A stretch of 64,000 nt of DNA. It comes from Balanoglossus misakiensis. Taxonomy: Eukaryota; Animalia; Hemichordata. The notes under the pieces were generated by a model. It had not been told where the DNA came from. It saw only the letters and a list, made by a program, of their open reading frames with translations, and searched no databases. The DNA is taken from NCBI GenBank assembly GCA_040954595.2, contig CM082587.2:8049705-8113704 (forward strand), in the 5' to 3' direction. The translations under genes and the position numbers were made by a program. This document shows, one piece after another, positions 14,000 to 26,500 of this stretch; the stretch's first letter is position 1, and each line of letters begins with the position of its first letter.

Positions 14000-15573
14000 G
14001 ACAACCTCAACCGACAGCTCTTCTTTCTTGACCCGCAGCTCTTCATTTTCCTGACAAAGGTTATGGAGTTGTTATTGCTTTAAACTCTCTCCTTGTGACT
14101 TGATTGCTGTCGCTGACTGACATCTGTTGACACTTGCTGCATATTCAATACTCCTCCTGGTCAGAGGGTCGCTTCAGTTTCTTGCTAAAGTGCTGCAGCA
14201 CGGCCTTGGTGGAATGCCATTAATGTCTTGCCCACTTCCAGCTGGGTGTTGAATTGCATTTTGATGTTCTCCATCTTGTTGACATGTTCTCTGAATTGGC
14301 TGTGCAACTTTGTTGGCCAGACTGTCGGTAGAAATTCCTCTTTGTAGGTTACTGCCATGTTGTTGGGTTCTTGTACCGGTGAAAGCCAACTCAACTGCCA
14401 AATTATGGAAGCACAGACCTGTGCTCAGACATGAACAAACAGCTGGCTCAGGGTACAAAGTGATTATATGTACCGGTACTCTGTTGCTAATGACACTTCG
14501 CACCGTAAATGATTTCGTCTGAGGTGACAACCCATTTATGCAGCTGGTCTCCACAGCCAAATTTGCCAGGGACATTTGGGACATGCGGTAGTTTTGTCCT
14601 CTTTCAACTTTTCCGGCAGAGATTAGGAGATTCTCCCTTGGTGTGCTGAATAATACTCACAATTGGCCAAAAATTTGGAAGGTCAACATAACCAACGTTC
14701 AGCCTTCCTCATTGCTTCAAACTCTGGCTTCAGATCGTAAAGCCGAAACCTTTAGATAGTGGGAGATTTGTATCTTTAACAAAAAGTCCCAGTATTTCCT
14801 TGGTTCCTGAGGCCAGCTCCTTCTGTGCTATTATGATTAACAGGTGTGGTATTTTCCAGATAAAGTCGTCGTGGTGCAGTGCCAGTTCATAAAGACTGAA
14901 TATTTCATTGTTTGTTATTTTTCTTTCTTTTCTGGCTGCATGAACTGTGTTTGCAACCTGCTTCAGATCTCTTGGTCTGTGACCACTTGCTGGCATTCTT
15001 TCTTGAAATTGATCATCTTGAGCTTTCTGGCTCTGCTTTTGTTTGTAGATATTGATAGGCTCTCTACCACTGTCAGCTTTGCCTCTTTAATCATGATATC
15101 ACACTTTTACAGGAATGAATGGTTAGTTGTTTACTTGCCTATCACCATGTTTGGAATCGTTGGCAAGCGTGTGATCACCAAGATAATGCAGGAGATAGTA
15201 GAGCTGTCAACGTCTTTGGCCAATTTTATTGGCTTAGAAGCAATACACTGGCTGCTTGAAACCTGACAAAGAGTCCTTCTTCCCATTAGGGTCCTTGAGA
15301 TAATAGTACCTCTTTAAAATGGCAGCCAGTGCCCACCTCTTCCACTGTCACCTATGGACACCCATCGATATTGGTCAAATCTGGAGTCCATGGCCATTTC
15401 TTCTTTATTTCGTTTTTGACCTGTACATGTACACTCTTCCCCTTTGGTTTGACAGCGCCGGGCTCGTTCATGATGTTTTCGTTATCATTCTGAGAGCCAA
15501 GAATGTCCTCAACCTTGCTCAAGGAGAAGTCTCTCTGCCTATCATTAATAAAATGTGTATTTGTAAGTGACAT
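14000..15573 (-). mobile_element. Mutator/MULE-like transposase pseudogene with internal deletion
   Basis: HYLGD...KHGD...PF and PRDLKQVAN N-terminal motifs; C-terminal SWIM CSCLSTGLCFH; DDE core largely missing; frameshifts. Confidence 0.65.
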
Positions 15574-16669
15574 CTGAAAAAAAATTACAGTCGTGTTAAA
15601 TAAAACCTATTTATGGAAACATTTAGAAGCGTTTACAACATTTGCTTTTTTACTGTCGTTGCAAGGAGGTGCTGAATGTGGTGAACGGACAAATGAGACA
15701 ACACTCTGACATGAAGTTAGGGTGGCCGGTAGTGTGGTGTTATGGCAGCCGATGTAATGTTTGGGTATTTTGACCACATAGAATGTCACATTTGAGATCA
15801 TTTCGATAACCCACCTCGAATCTGGTCTTCTTCTGTTTGACGTTTTCGAGAACGTCGGTGTCCCCGAGACGACTCAAGAGGTTTCGTACTAGCGCTGGGG
15901 CATCCATGAACGTTGTGAGATGGATAGAAAGATCGCATCTCCCCCCACTTTCCACATGCCCCATCATGAAACCAAGGGCGAGATTTATTTTAAATTGATG
16001 GGTTTAGTGCCTATATATTATATCCAGATAACATATGATTGTAAATCTGTAAGGTGATATCCGCCTGCTGTTTGAAAATTGTACACATCCAGCATGGGAT
16101 TTCCTAAACGGTGGCAGGACCTGATGTGTAACAAGTTTTTCACTGTATGTTGGTGCAATGTCTCCATCGTCGACACTGTCCAACACAGGCTCAAAAAGAT
16201 CAACCGAAAGAACGCCGCTGTTGCTTGGCTGACCACCACCACCAATCTGTGGTTCTATGCTTCCTTCAGCAACATCATCATCATGTCATCATTGCCATCA
16301 TCCTCTCATGGTGACTATGACTATGTTTCTTCAGTGCCTTGAATGATTTGAAAACTCGTTTGCACACTTGCACATCTGAAAGACACTGAGACAGACAGCT
16401 TTTTGTGTATTTTCAAATGGCTGACATGATGTGATTTTCTGTTGAACACCATGTCACAGATAGTGCATTTGTATTGGGTGTCCTGACGATGATGTACATT
16501 CCATGTTGTCCTTTTGGGAGAAGGTGCGGTCACAACTTGGACACTGAAACTGTTGACTATAACGTATCATTTCATTTTCGCCACCACCGTTACCTGTACT
16601 TTTGACATCATGTACTTTCTTCTCGTGTCTTGCCAAGTTGTCCTTGCGTGTAAAAGTAAAAGGCTCTCT

Positions 16670-16915
16670 ACCTGATACAGGTGCGAGGCTGCCCAGGGTA
16701 TGAAACCAAACATTTCTCGAGCCTAATAACTGACGGAATATTCTTTCTAAGTCTCATGCGATATTGCCGGGTCCCGTTGAAAACAGAGGGCTCGTCGTTA
16801 AACACGCACTTCCGTGTCGCCAGCACCGTACCATACCCCGACAGAATGTGCTGGACAAAGTTATCGTCCAGCTCATTATCGATGGAAAGAGCCGTTAAAA
16901 TAAGTTGTCCCGTAC
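16670..16915 (-). mobile_element. Tx1/L1-type ORF1 (ZCCHC3-like gag) fragment
   Basis: ELDDNFVQHILSGYGTV...FNGTRQYRMRLRKNIPS...VSYPGQPRTC, truncated at the first Cys of the zinc knuckle. Confidence 0.75.
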
Positions 16916-17709
16916 GTAGTTTGAGATCTCCAGGTCGTGTCTTGCGAGATCAAAGACAACAATCTTCTCCTTATTATAAGCATATGAGACGTCCTTACTA
17001 GCAGTTGTATCGGCCCAAAATGCATTATGCACGCACCGTAACCCTTGAGCCTGTTTCCCTGTTCATCAACGATGAACATTATCTGGCGGTCGTTCTGATT
17101 CTGCAACTGCTCAAATGCTTCTCTCCGCCAAGGTCTTAAAGGCTTTCCTCTGGAATTTGGCCTTCTTTGCTTCCAGGGTCTTTCTCTGGACTATATTGTC
17201 TGCGAAGTGTTGCACTTTGTTCTGGTATAAATAATAATGCTCCCCATGCTTCTCTACAAGTTGATCCTCATCAAGGTCAGGGTTGCTAAGTCCTTGATCA
17301 ATCAATCAAAAACATTTATATGGCGCCAATATCCAGAGAACTGTTCAGTGGCGACCAACTGGACTAGGTCTCTTCTTTGGCCGGGTTTGATGGACGTACC
17401 CTATTCCTGGAAATCACCGCCTTTACTGCAGAATTTTCGGTTGTCTACCGGACTGCAACGGGCCACTTCGCTTTGGCGCTTCAGTTGCAAGTACTGCCCT
17501 TGTAGGTGAGGTACTTGCTTGTTCTCGCCGACTTCCTTGCCTATGATGAGATACTGCAGCTTGTTTAGGTTGGCTAGTATAGCGTCGTACTCTTCCTGGG
17601 TCCAGTTATTCAGCATAAAACAAAAGCTCTTCCCGCGAACGTCTGGTCTTCTTCGGTACTGGCCGTATTCTCTTGGGAAGCCATCTCGAGTTGTTGGTTC
17701 AGCGTTCAA
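16915..17709 (-). pseudogene. rep: Endogenous CRESS DNA virus replication initiator (HUH endonuclease + SF3 helicase), decayed
   Basis: Motif I FCFMLNN, motif II IGKEVGE...PHLQG, motif III NRKFCSKGGDFQE*G, GQRRDL, LRPW...QNDRQIMFIVDEQGNRLKG (degenerate Walker A), AYNKEKIVVFDLAR (Walker B); premature TAG at 17401-17403 and frameshifts. Confidence 0.92.
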
Positions 17710-17802
17710 TTAGATATGAAGTGGTGCGCTCACAACATTATGCGCGGTTGAGCGTACGTATAGTGTACATTGTAATGCAAATTAGAGGTCAAACGTGAGG
17801 TG

Positions 17803-17845
17803 GCCACAGGTCAGGTGTGGGCTACAATTACCCCACACCTGTGGC
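17803..17845 (+). promoter_or_regulatory. CRESS-type rolling-circle origin stem-loop
   Basis: Perfect 10-bp stem CAGGTGTGGG (17812-17821) / CCCACACCTG (17832-17841), extendable by GCCA/TGGC; loop CTACAATTAC with nonamer TACAATTAC (1 mismatch to NANTATTAC); AGGT repeats just upstream; ~100 bp from the rep start. Confidence 0.82.
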
Positions 17846-20519
17846 AAGGGCTAGCGTGACAATGCCCGCCGTGCCCATTGCCCCCGATTCTTTTGTTTAC
17901 GGCTTTACTATTGGTCTGTAGCCTATCCTTTGGAGTGTTGTCCTCTTCTTCCCGCTTGTCTGTATGCTTGTCATCTTCTAGTTCTAAGGTATCGTCACCG
18001 TCTTCGGCGCCAAACCACATAGGATCTCCCCCGTCCACGAAGTCTTGTTCGAAGTGCCATCGAATTTTCTTGGCATGTCCTTGCGTGTAAAAGTCTTACA
18101 GCAACTGGCACACGACAGGCAGTTTTCACCATGGACGCTGTTGATATGGCGACATAAATCACCTGGTCTGGTAAATGTGCGAGTACAGTGGGGGCACGTT
18201 GATCGGCCTGCATCATTTTGCTCACCCTCTTCATGGACACCCAGGCGATTGGTGGTCTCACGAAGGTCCTGCAGATAAAATAGAGGATACATGTATACAC
18301 AATATCGGAAAAATTTGAACAAAAACATGGCGAAAAGTAACAACTCACCTCAGATAATGAGTACTTTGCCAAAGATGAAGACATAGGCTGTAGAGCTGAA
18401 AGAATACAAAATTATTCTATAGTTATACATACAATTTGTGTACATACAATTTTCCTGTCCATCTACTGGTGAATGTTTTAAAGGTAAACTAGTCTGCTTG
18501 GTGGACTTAGAAATGCTTAAATAATTGCACAGAGTTCTACGAAAACAAATTTAAAATTAATAATTGGATAAGAAGAGTTCAATACTTAAACACACTTCTT
18601 GTATATTTGATTATGCAAAGAAATGACACAGACACATGTGAGTTTGGCTTAAATGTGCCCGGGGGGGGGGGGGATGAGCTCACCTCTGACTGAGTGTTGT
18701 GGCAGGTCTGGGATGACACATGGTACTCAAGGAGAGCCAGCCACCACAGAGGCACCAGCCCAGACGTCATGGCAGTTGCCCTCCAAGACACAAGCCACCT
18801 GTTTGGCTTGGGCTGTGGAAGGTGTGCGTGTTAACCAGCTGGTATCTGCATGCACTGTAGTGACAACCCCAAGCTCCTTAATTTGATTTACTTCATAACA
18901 GCACGAAACAGTATACATAGGTGTGGGTGGGTGGGAGAAGATTGCTGCTTACTCGTCACTGCCACGTGGTAAAAGGAGTGAGTGGTCTCTGTCAGGCCTA
19001 CAGGAGACTTCGGTAACAGTAAATAAATACACTTGATGAAAGTTCTTGTCCGTGTCACTTCCCACATTAACACTATCTATACTAATGTATAATCGTAATA
19101 TTAAAATTACCCTTGTGTGTTAATAACTGAACTGGCAACTTTAACATTGTACACACATGACCATTGGCAAAGGGTATGATTGCTTCTCGTGCACAGTTGT
19201 CAACTCCAAACACCCTGTAATATGAATTTATAGCACATGTGAAAGATTTCAAGAATGATCAATGTGTGTCATAAATTTATCTGTGTGTATCATCTTAGTC
19301 TAGAATCTATCCGTTCGTAGTCGCATTCACCCTACTACCGTCTTGGAACGCCTAACCAAAATCTAGTAAGGCCATAAAAATGGTAATTTGAATGTGAATA
19401 GTCTCCAACTGAGCATTAATTCTTGACGATTTTTGTCTGACACTACAATTGTTTAAAAGAATACAATTACGTTGGCATCGTCGAAAGTAGATATCACTGT
19501 GCTATACCTACGTGTACAAGAAATTAGGCCAGAGGGTATATGGGTGGGTTTTTTGTAGGCACATTAAGAAAACACATCATTGTAACAGTATACGCATGAC
19601 CACTGGTGTATTCAGCTGATTGCTGATCAATTATTTTCGCCGCAGAGAAAATTCAAATGAGTATCCTGGTTGTATCGCATCAACTAATCAGAGTTATGTT
19701 TCAAACACCTAACACGTGTCCGCAAAAATAGGAATGTACACCGGCTATTTACAGACTGTCCAGTCAGCTGATGTCAAATGAATGAAGGAAGGAAGGAATG
19801 TATGAATGAATGAACGCATCTACAACGCACGCAAAAAGGAATGAAATAATACATGGGTGGATTCTTCACAAGTTGACATACGTGGCGTCTCTTCATAAAC
19901 CGTGTAAACATGTCAGACATACCGTATGTTAGTTATGAGTGAAGTGATCATTGTAAATGGAAAGATATTATTGATATTTGCGTATGTTTACCAATGCAGA
20001 GATTTCAGTGCCATGTAGCCCAACATTTGAAAGCATCTGACGTATTTTTATCCTGTGACACGTTTCCAAAGCCCCACTCTACCATCATTGTTCTGGTAGA
20101 GAGACGTGGCATGGATATGGTGGGAGTCATTATTTTTCACGGATGGTTTATGCCGTCAGTGGGATTCTGTCCAACGCCCACGATGTTCTGGAATTTCTCT
20201 TAGTAACGCAAAGTTATTCTGTGCAAAACGTACATTGGTGTTTCTTTTCTGTTAAAGAATCATGCATCAATTCAAAAGGTGACGTTTTCTCCGGAAAGAT
20301 TGGTCGTATAAAATGATTTTTCAATTACAGAATCTTTGACACAGCTTAGGAAGCATATCACACATAAAGCCAATATCTGAAATGGTGACTTCACTTGTGC
20401 GTGGTGCCCACATGGTTTTACCCCATAAATTAAAAGTGAAAAATTGGGACATAATGTATCTCAGTGGGCGATGATCTTAGTCCGATCAGGCGTTCCCTAA
20501 TTAGATAAAGACAGGACAT

Positions 20520-20527
20520 TATATAAA
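20520..20527 (+). promoter_or_regulatory. TATA box of the SRCR gene
   Basis: TATATAAA ~55 bp upstream of the signal-peptide ATG at 20578. Confidence 0.55.
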
Positions 20528-20577
20528 TTGCTACCACCCGTTGACGTTTATCAGTATCGTTCACTGAGCTAAACAGG

Positions 20578-23500
20578 ATGAAGGTAATTTTGCTGACGAT
20601 TTTCCTTGTTTGCATGTGTTTGGTTCAGGCATTGTCTCCCCATGAGCAGAAGAAGGCCATCCGTCAATTTTTCGGTAAGATATCAAAATAATATCACGTA
20701 TACATGGTAAAAAATTTATGTCGAATAATTTTCCGTAGTCCACTGAGATACCGGTAGTTCTGACATTCACTGCGGAAACACCAACACAAAAATGTGCAAC
20801 TTTCGTACAATTATTATTATTATTATATTATAAACTTTATTTCGGACTCATGGTCCATTTTACAGTAGGACTAATTAGTTGAAAGGGAAAAAAAATTACA
20901 TATATATCTAAATGACAAAAAGAAGCTTATTCCAAAGGCTCAAAGTGTCAGAATTAAAATACAATGTATCATGCACTTGCCGCACAATGACATTTTGGCA
21001 GTTATGTATTTGAAGATATTGCCAAGTACAATTTCTTGTGCGCAAATACTTCCTCTCCCATTCTTTTATTATCAAAATAGGCCCATGGGGGTTACAGCAG
21101 TATGGAAAGAAACAAGTAGGAGGTAAGGGAACGTGACAATTATCCACTGTTGGGAATTAACATCAGCAGGATGGTTTTGGGAAATGGCACTTAACACACA
21201 CACACAGAATTGTAATACATATATTGAGAGAAGATCTATCCTATCTAACATCAGAATCAACATTAATATTTAATATAATTATATAATCCCATAACATTTT
21301 TCTTTATTTAACGTCTTCAAGTTAATAAGACAAATACATTGCTAACACCTGTAAATGTGTACTGGTATCGTAGGCAGAACTGGCTTTATGGCAGCAGAAA
21401 TGTGTCAGTGCCGGTAGAATTATATTTGCTTTGCTTGTGTGCGTGTGTTTGGTTCGGCCATTCATCTTCATGGAGGTAAATTGCATGAAACGATAACATT
21501 AATAATCTTCGCTGCCTTTAAAATGACTATGATACCGGTAGATCGGGGATAATAGATTCTTCATAAAACTACACGTAATTATTATGAAAGTAGTCAAGCT
21601 GACAATCAATAACCATATGCTTTCATGTGGTGTCAAATAAACTATGTCTTACTATCAGTTAATTACGGTGGCCGATACCAACACTGCTCTGCTAATTATA
21701 CCTGCTCTGCTGTCGACCTGCTCTGCTATGCTAAGTCGACCTCCTCTGCTAACTTAATCTGCTCTGCTAAGTCAACCTCCTCTGCTAACTAAGATAGAAA
21801 GTTCAGACAGCGTCAGTCTGATAGTTACGAAATTAATTATTAAAACGTTCGTCGGCCTGTATAAAAAAGATAGCATATGATGCTTATATATACCTACTTT
21901 TGTACCAAAGAAAACTATGAATAAAGATACCAACCTGTTTCAGGTACTTCGAGCACCACATGGAACCCTGTGAGGCAACGCCTCGATGTAGTCAATTTCC
22001 CCCCTCTTAGGATAAGAACACCAACACTAGCCTACAACATGCAAAACCAAAGAGAATGCAGTTAGTTAATCATGGAATCCAGACTTAAACATTTAACTAA
22101 ACCAACATTATTCTGTGTCCTTCTCTACCCTAAAGTAACATTAGTGATACATTTGTCTTATAAATGATGTTTTAATGAGATGTTTTAGATACCGAAAAGG
22201 GATAACAGTTGTCCAAAGAACATTTGCATAACAGCAACAAGTAAGCAAATTTCTATTTTAAAATTGTGTTAACATATGATGCTAACATTTATTCTAGTGT
22301 TAAAATAATAGTAGAAAAAAATACATACAACAAAAACTGAGCAACATTTTAATTTTGATTATGTAGGAATGTGTAGTCCCATGGTTCAAAATATACAAAA
22401 GGATCTAAAAATAATCAAGGCACTTTCTATCTCACTTTATAACAGGTAAAATATTTGTTAACTTATTTTTCATGCAAAAAACAATGAACATCATGCAGGT
22501 AAATTAAACTTATTATATTCATTAGCCATGCATGCAGTTGGAAAAGCAATAATCATGAACAGAACACAGGGACCAAAGCATACTTTGACAGTTTGAGGTG
22601 GCTTCTTTCTCCTGGTATTTATTTTTTTAATCTCCAAAAATGTCCCTGTAAAAAAAAACAGTGGACATGAGCTTTATGAACCTACTTTACCACATTACTC
22701 ATCTCGTGACCACATTCGTGAAAATCGCGTCAAGGACACGGTGGGTGAGTTTTGACCAATTCCACATTTTCGCAGCTAAATTGCATATTTTTGGTAATTA
22801 CAACTTCATTTGAACAAAATCCCATCTGCAGCCACGCATAAATCAGCACACCAAATATCGAGGTGATACGCTAAGTGGTTTTCAAGTTTTTGATGTGGAT
22901 GGACATACACACATCCATACAGTCACAACCGATCCCATAATGTCCTATGGTATTAAATATACATATACCAAATGGGACCCAAAAACAGTTGTATACCTCT
23001 TCTTTTTCCCTTTCCTTCCCCTTTTCATATTGACTGGTTTACCGATACTTCTGAGCCAGAGACTTTCTTTGTTTCAATTCAAGGTTACCTAAACCAGACA
23101 CTTTTTTTTTCTCAAAATGGACAGTTTACTTACAAATCAGATGTGGTTACTGAACATGTGTTCTTAATTAATATAGAAAATGTGTATCTGTTTCTGTTAA
23201 AGACAGCATACTTACTATTTTGTCTAACTGGCAAAGGCGGCGTTGGTGGTGTGGGCGTCAACAGTTCCTCCCCCAAGTACTTCACGAAGTTTGCTGGGAA
23301 TGACCCAGCAAACTCCCTATCTCTCACTTTACCAATAAGCCATCCTCTTGGTTGTTGAGGGGTACCATGGAACTTCCATGGTAACCCCTCAACTTCAATG
23401 ATATCATCAGTTTTCATAGATATTTCACTACTGCTCTCTGCCATAAAAGTATGGCATACTCTGTACAGGAACATTATTTTCTGTTGGGAGATGAATAAAG

Positions 23501-26500
23501 ACATAAGACAACTTACAAGTCACAGAAACAGAGTGATCCATTAGTTTCATGACTTGATTATAATTATGCTTGGTGTGAATCCTGCTTGCTGATTGGCAAG
23601 AGCCAGGGTTTATATTCTCGACAAAAAAAATTGACCAAGAACAGTGAATAATTATAAAAAATGGAACACATACAAGAGATCACACCTTACTGGATGTGGG
23701 ATAACATGGATAAAGTCGTGCGACTTTAGAAATTCTATAACACTTCGCTCGGTGATTATTTCCCGCCAAATATACTAATTTTCACGTGAGAGGTCCTGCA
23801 CCCAAATACCCTCTGGCAGCCGTTTAACCTCTAAATATAACGTTTAGCCAATAGTCAGTCTAAGAAAAAAGACTCCTTGAAAAATCTTTCACGATATTTA
23901 TTTCATCATATTGGGCTGAACGGATCAGCAAATTTCCACAGAAAATGACGGGCAGCTACAGGCAGTAATTAGTAGGACCGCAAATAAAGTTTTGATTTCA
24001 AGGATTGGAAAGTGGGGAAACAATTGCCTCTAATTGCAGACGTTGTCGCCGCCTACAAAATCCGTATCTTTGAAACAAAATTTTATGGATAAGATATTCA
24101 TATATTATTTCTATTATCGCTTACAGCTTTCTCCGTTCGCCCAAATCAGTGTTCAAACTTCAGCAAGTCCGGCCGCATGTGAGACGAGCGTATGTTTGTT
24201 CGTAAGAAATGTACTCCAGTACTTCCGGTTAACTCAGCAGAGCAGGTCGACTTAGCATAGCAGAGCAGGTTGACAGCAGAGCAGGTATAGTTAGCAGAGC
24301 AGTGTCGGTATGGGCCACCGTAGTTAATACATGCTGACATTAATACCAAACTTCTGCAGATTATCAAACGTTTGCACCAGAAGAAACTTCTATTATCTTC
24401 TATTAATAACAATTGATGATCTATTTTCTTTCTTTCTAGATTGTTATTGTACTTGTAAGTATTACTCTGCATATTTTTTTTCAATTTCGAAAGTTTTCTG
24501 TGTCCATGTATGCACATAAAATAACTGGCACATCGTGCGATAGCAGCCGACGCTGGACTTAGAGATGGGTCAAGAGATGATGATTTAATTAGACACACAA
24601 TGTAAATTGCTCACTCAGTTAATACAAATTTCAACACATGATCAATTTTTAAACGAGGTGAACCTGGTATTAGCTATGTTTCATCTGCTCAGTCTCTACA
24701 GATCCGTGGTATGACGGAAAGTATTATTGTGCACAAAATAACTTTTAAATATATGCAATGTATGTATGGGAATTCTAAATGACAAAGTATAATTGAATAT
24801 AAATGAAAGTTGTATCCCTTTGTTTCATTATACCCTGTAGTATATTATAAAGTAGGGTAATGTGATAAACCATTGAATTGATTATTATTACTTTCAGTCA
24901 ACAAAGTTTTGCTTGGTTGGTTGGTTCACTATGTAATTTAGTTTCAATTCAACTTTGTTTTTATAATCAGCTGAAGAAGGCGACATTCGCTTGGTAGGCG
25001 GTTCGTCCGAGACAGAAGGCCGCGTCGAAATCTATCATCAAAATGAGTGGGGTACAGTTTGCGATGACGCCTTCGAAAACATTGATGCAGTCGTGGTGTG
25101 TCGTCAACTTGGCTACACGTAAGCTTATTTTTTATTTATATAGCACAGAAATTGACATCATCTGAATATAACGAGAACATTTGAGGAGTGGTTTATTTTC
25201 TTCGTTCTTACGCCTTGTTTCTGTCTTTCAATTGGCTTGCTGGCAAATGTATCATACAGGACCGGCAGCCTCAGACGAGATGACACTCACCTTTTAAGTA
25301 CACGGCCACTGTCAGACACGTTATGTTTCTTTTGATTTACAGGGGAGGTAGTAGTCTGCCAAGTGCATCTTTTGGACAAGGAACGGGCCAAATATGGCTA
25401 GATGATATTGGATGTAGCGGGAGTGAGAGCAGCCTAAGTGACTGTACACATCCTGAATGGGGAACTCACAACTGCCAGCATAGTGAAGATGTCGGAGTTT
25501 CATGTGAAGGTATTTACTTTTTGTTAACAATATTTTTGAAGTAATATCATCTTGTGTAACAGGCAGTAATGCAATGTGGTAACTTTATAGCTTATTCGTA
25601 TTTACTTTTTACAAAATGCTAATGAACCATAACAAGTATCTATAACGTCTTCTTCTCTTAAATTATTTTTATTTACAGTAGGCAGTCCATCAACAGGTAA
25701 GATATCCAAATTGAATGTGTAGCATTTCAATGTGTCATGGTCTGAACGAAACAGCGTCAGCAAAGAAGTTGCGAATTGTTCAAATGAATGTGATATTTTC
25801 ATCAAAAATTCAAGCCTATTTAAAAAAAAAGCTTTTTCCAGATCTTATTATATAAGTTAAATTAATCATTAATCCTTTTGGTCATCAAAGTTTTTTTTCG
25901 GTGGTGTACTGTTGTTTAGTTACAATTCAGTTTTCAATTGGCTTTTTAAAATCAGCTGAAGAAGGCGACATTCGTTTGGTGGGAGGTTCGTCCGAGACAG
26001 AAGGCCGCGTCGAAATCTATCATCAATATCAGTGGGGTACAGTTTGTGATGACTACTTTGAAGACATTGATGCAGTTGTGGTGTGTCGTCAACTTGGCTA
26101 CACGTAAGCTTGTTTTTTATTTGAATAGCACAGAAATTGACATCTTCTTAATATAACGAGAACATTAGAGAAGTAGTTTATTTTCTATGTTCTTGCCCCT
26201 TGTTTTCTGTCTTTTTATTAAAAATTTTCCCAGGTGAATACCTTTGGTGAAACCTGTTAATAATACACAGACAATCATGAAAATATACGTGCAACCTGCG
26301 GAGACAATGTTAACGTGACATTTGTCAATTTTGATTAAACTCGGTAGAATATAACTTTGTCTACGATGACATATGATTCAGATGGCGTATTTCCATCTGT
26401 ACAGTGAGACCCTGCCAAACGATATCGAATTAACTTGAAAAGATGATACATCATATTTGCTAAGGTGTGAATTGTAATGTAACAAACGTTATGATCAATG

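Larger units (their letters stand above)
15610..18384 (-). pseudogene. C2H2 zinc-finger gene, interrupted by the 16658-18075 insertion
   Basis: CPHCTRTFTRPGDLCRHINSVH; CASCCKTFTRKD//NLARHEKKVH; CPSCDRTFSQKDN; CTICDMVFNRKSHHVSHLKIH; intron 18270-18348 (GTGAGT...CTGCAG). Confidence 0.75.

Noticed and set aside
17850-18090. Plus-strand ORF next to the origin as a candidate capsid gene
   Set aside because: Ser/Leu-rich antisense reading of the acidic minus-strand frame; no Arg-rich N-terminus or capsid-like features
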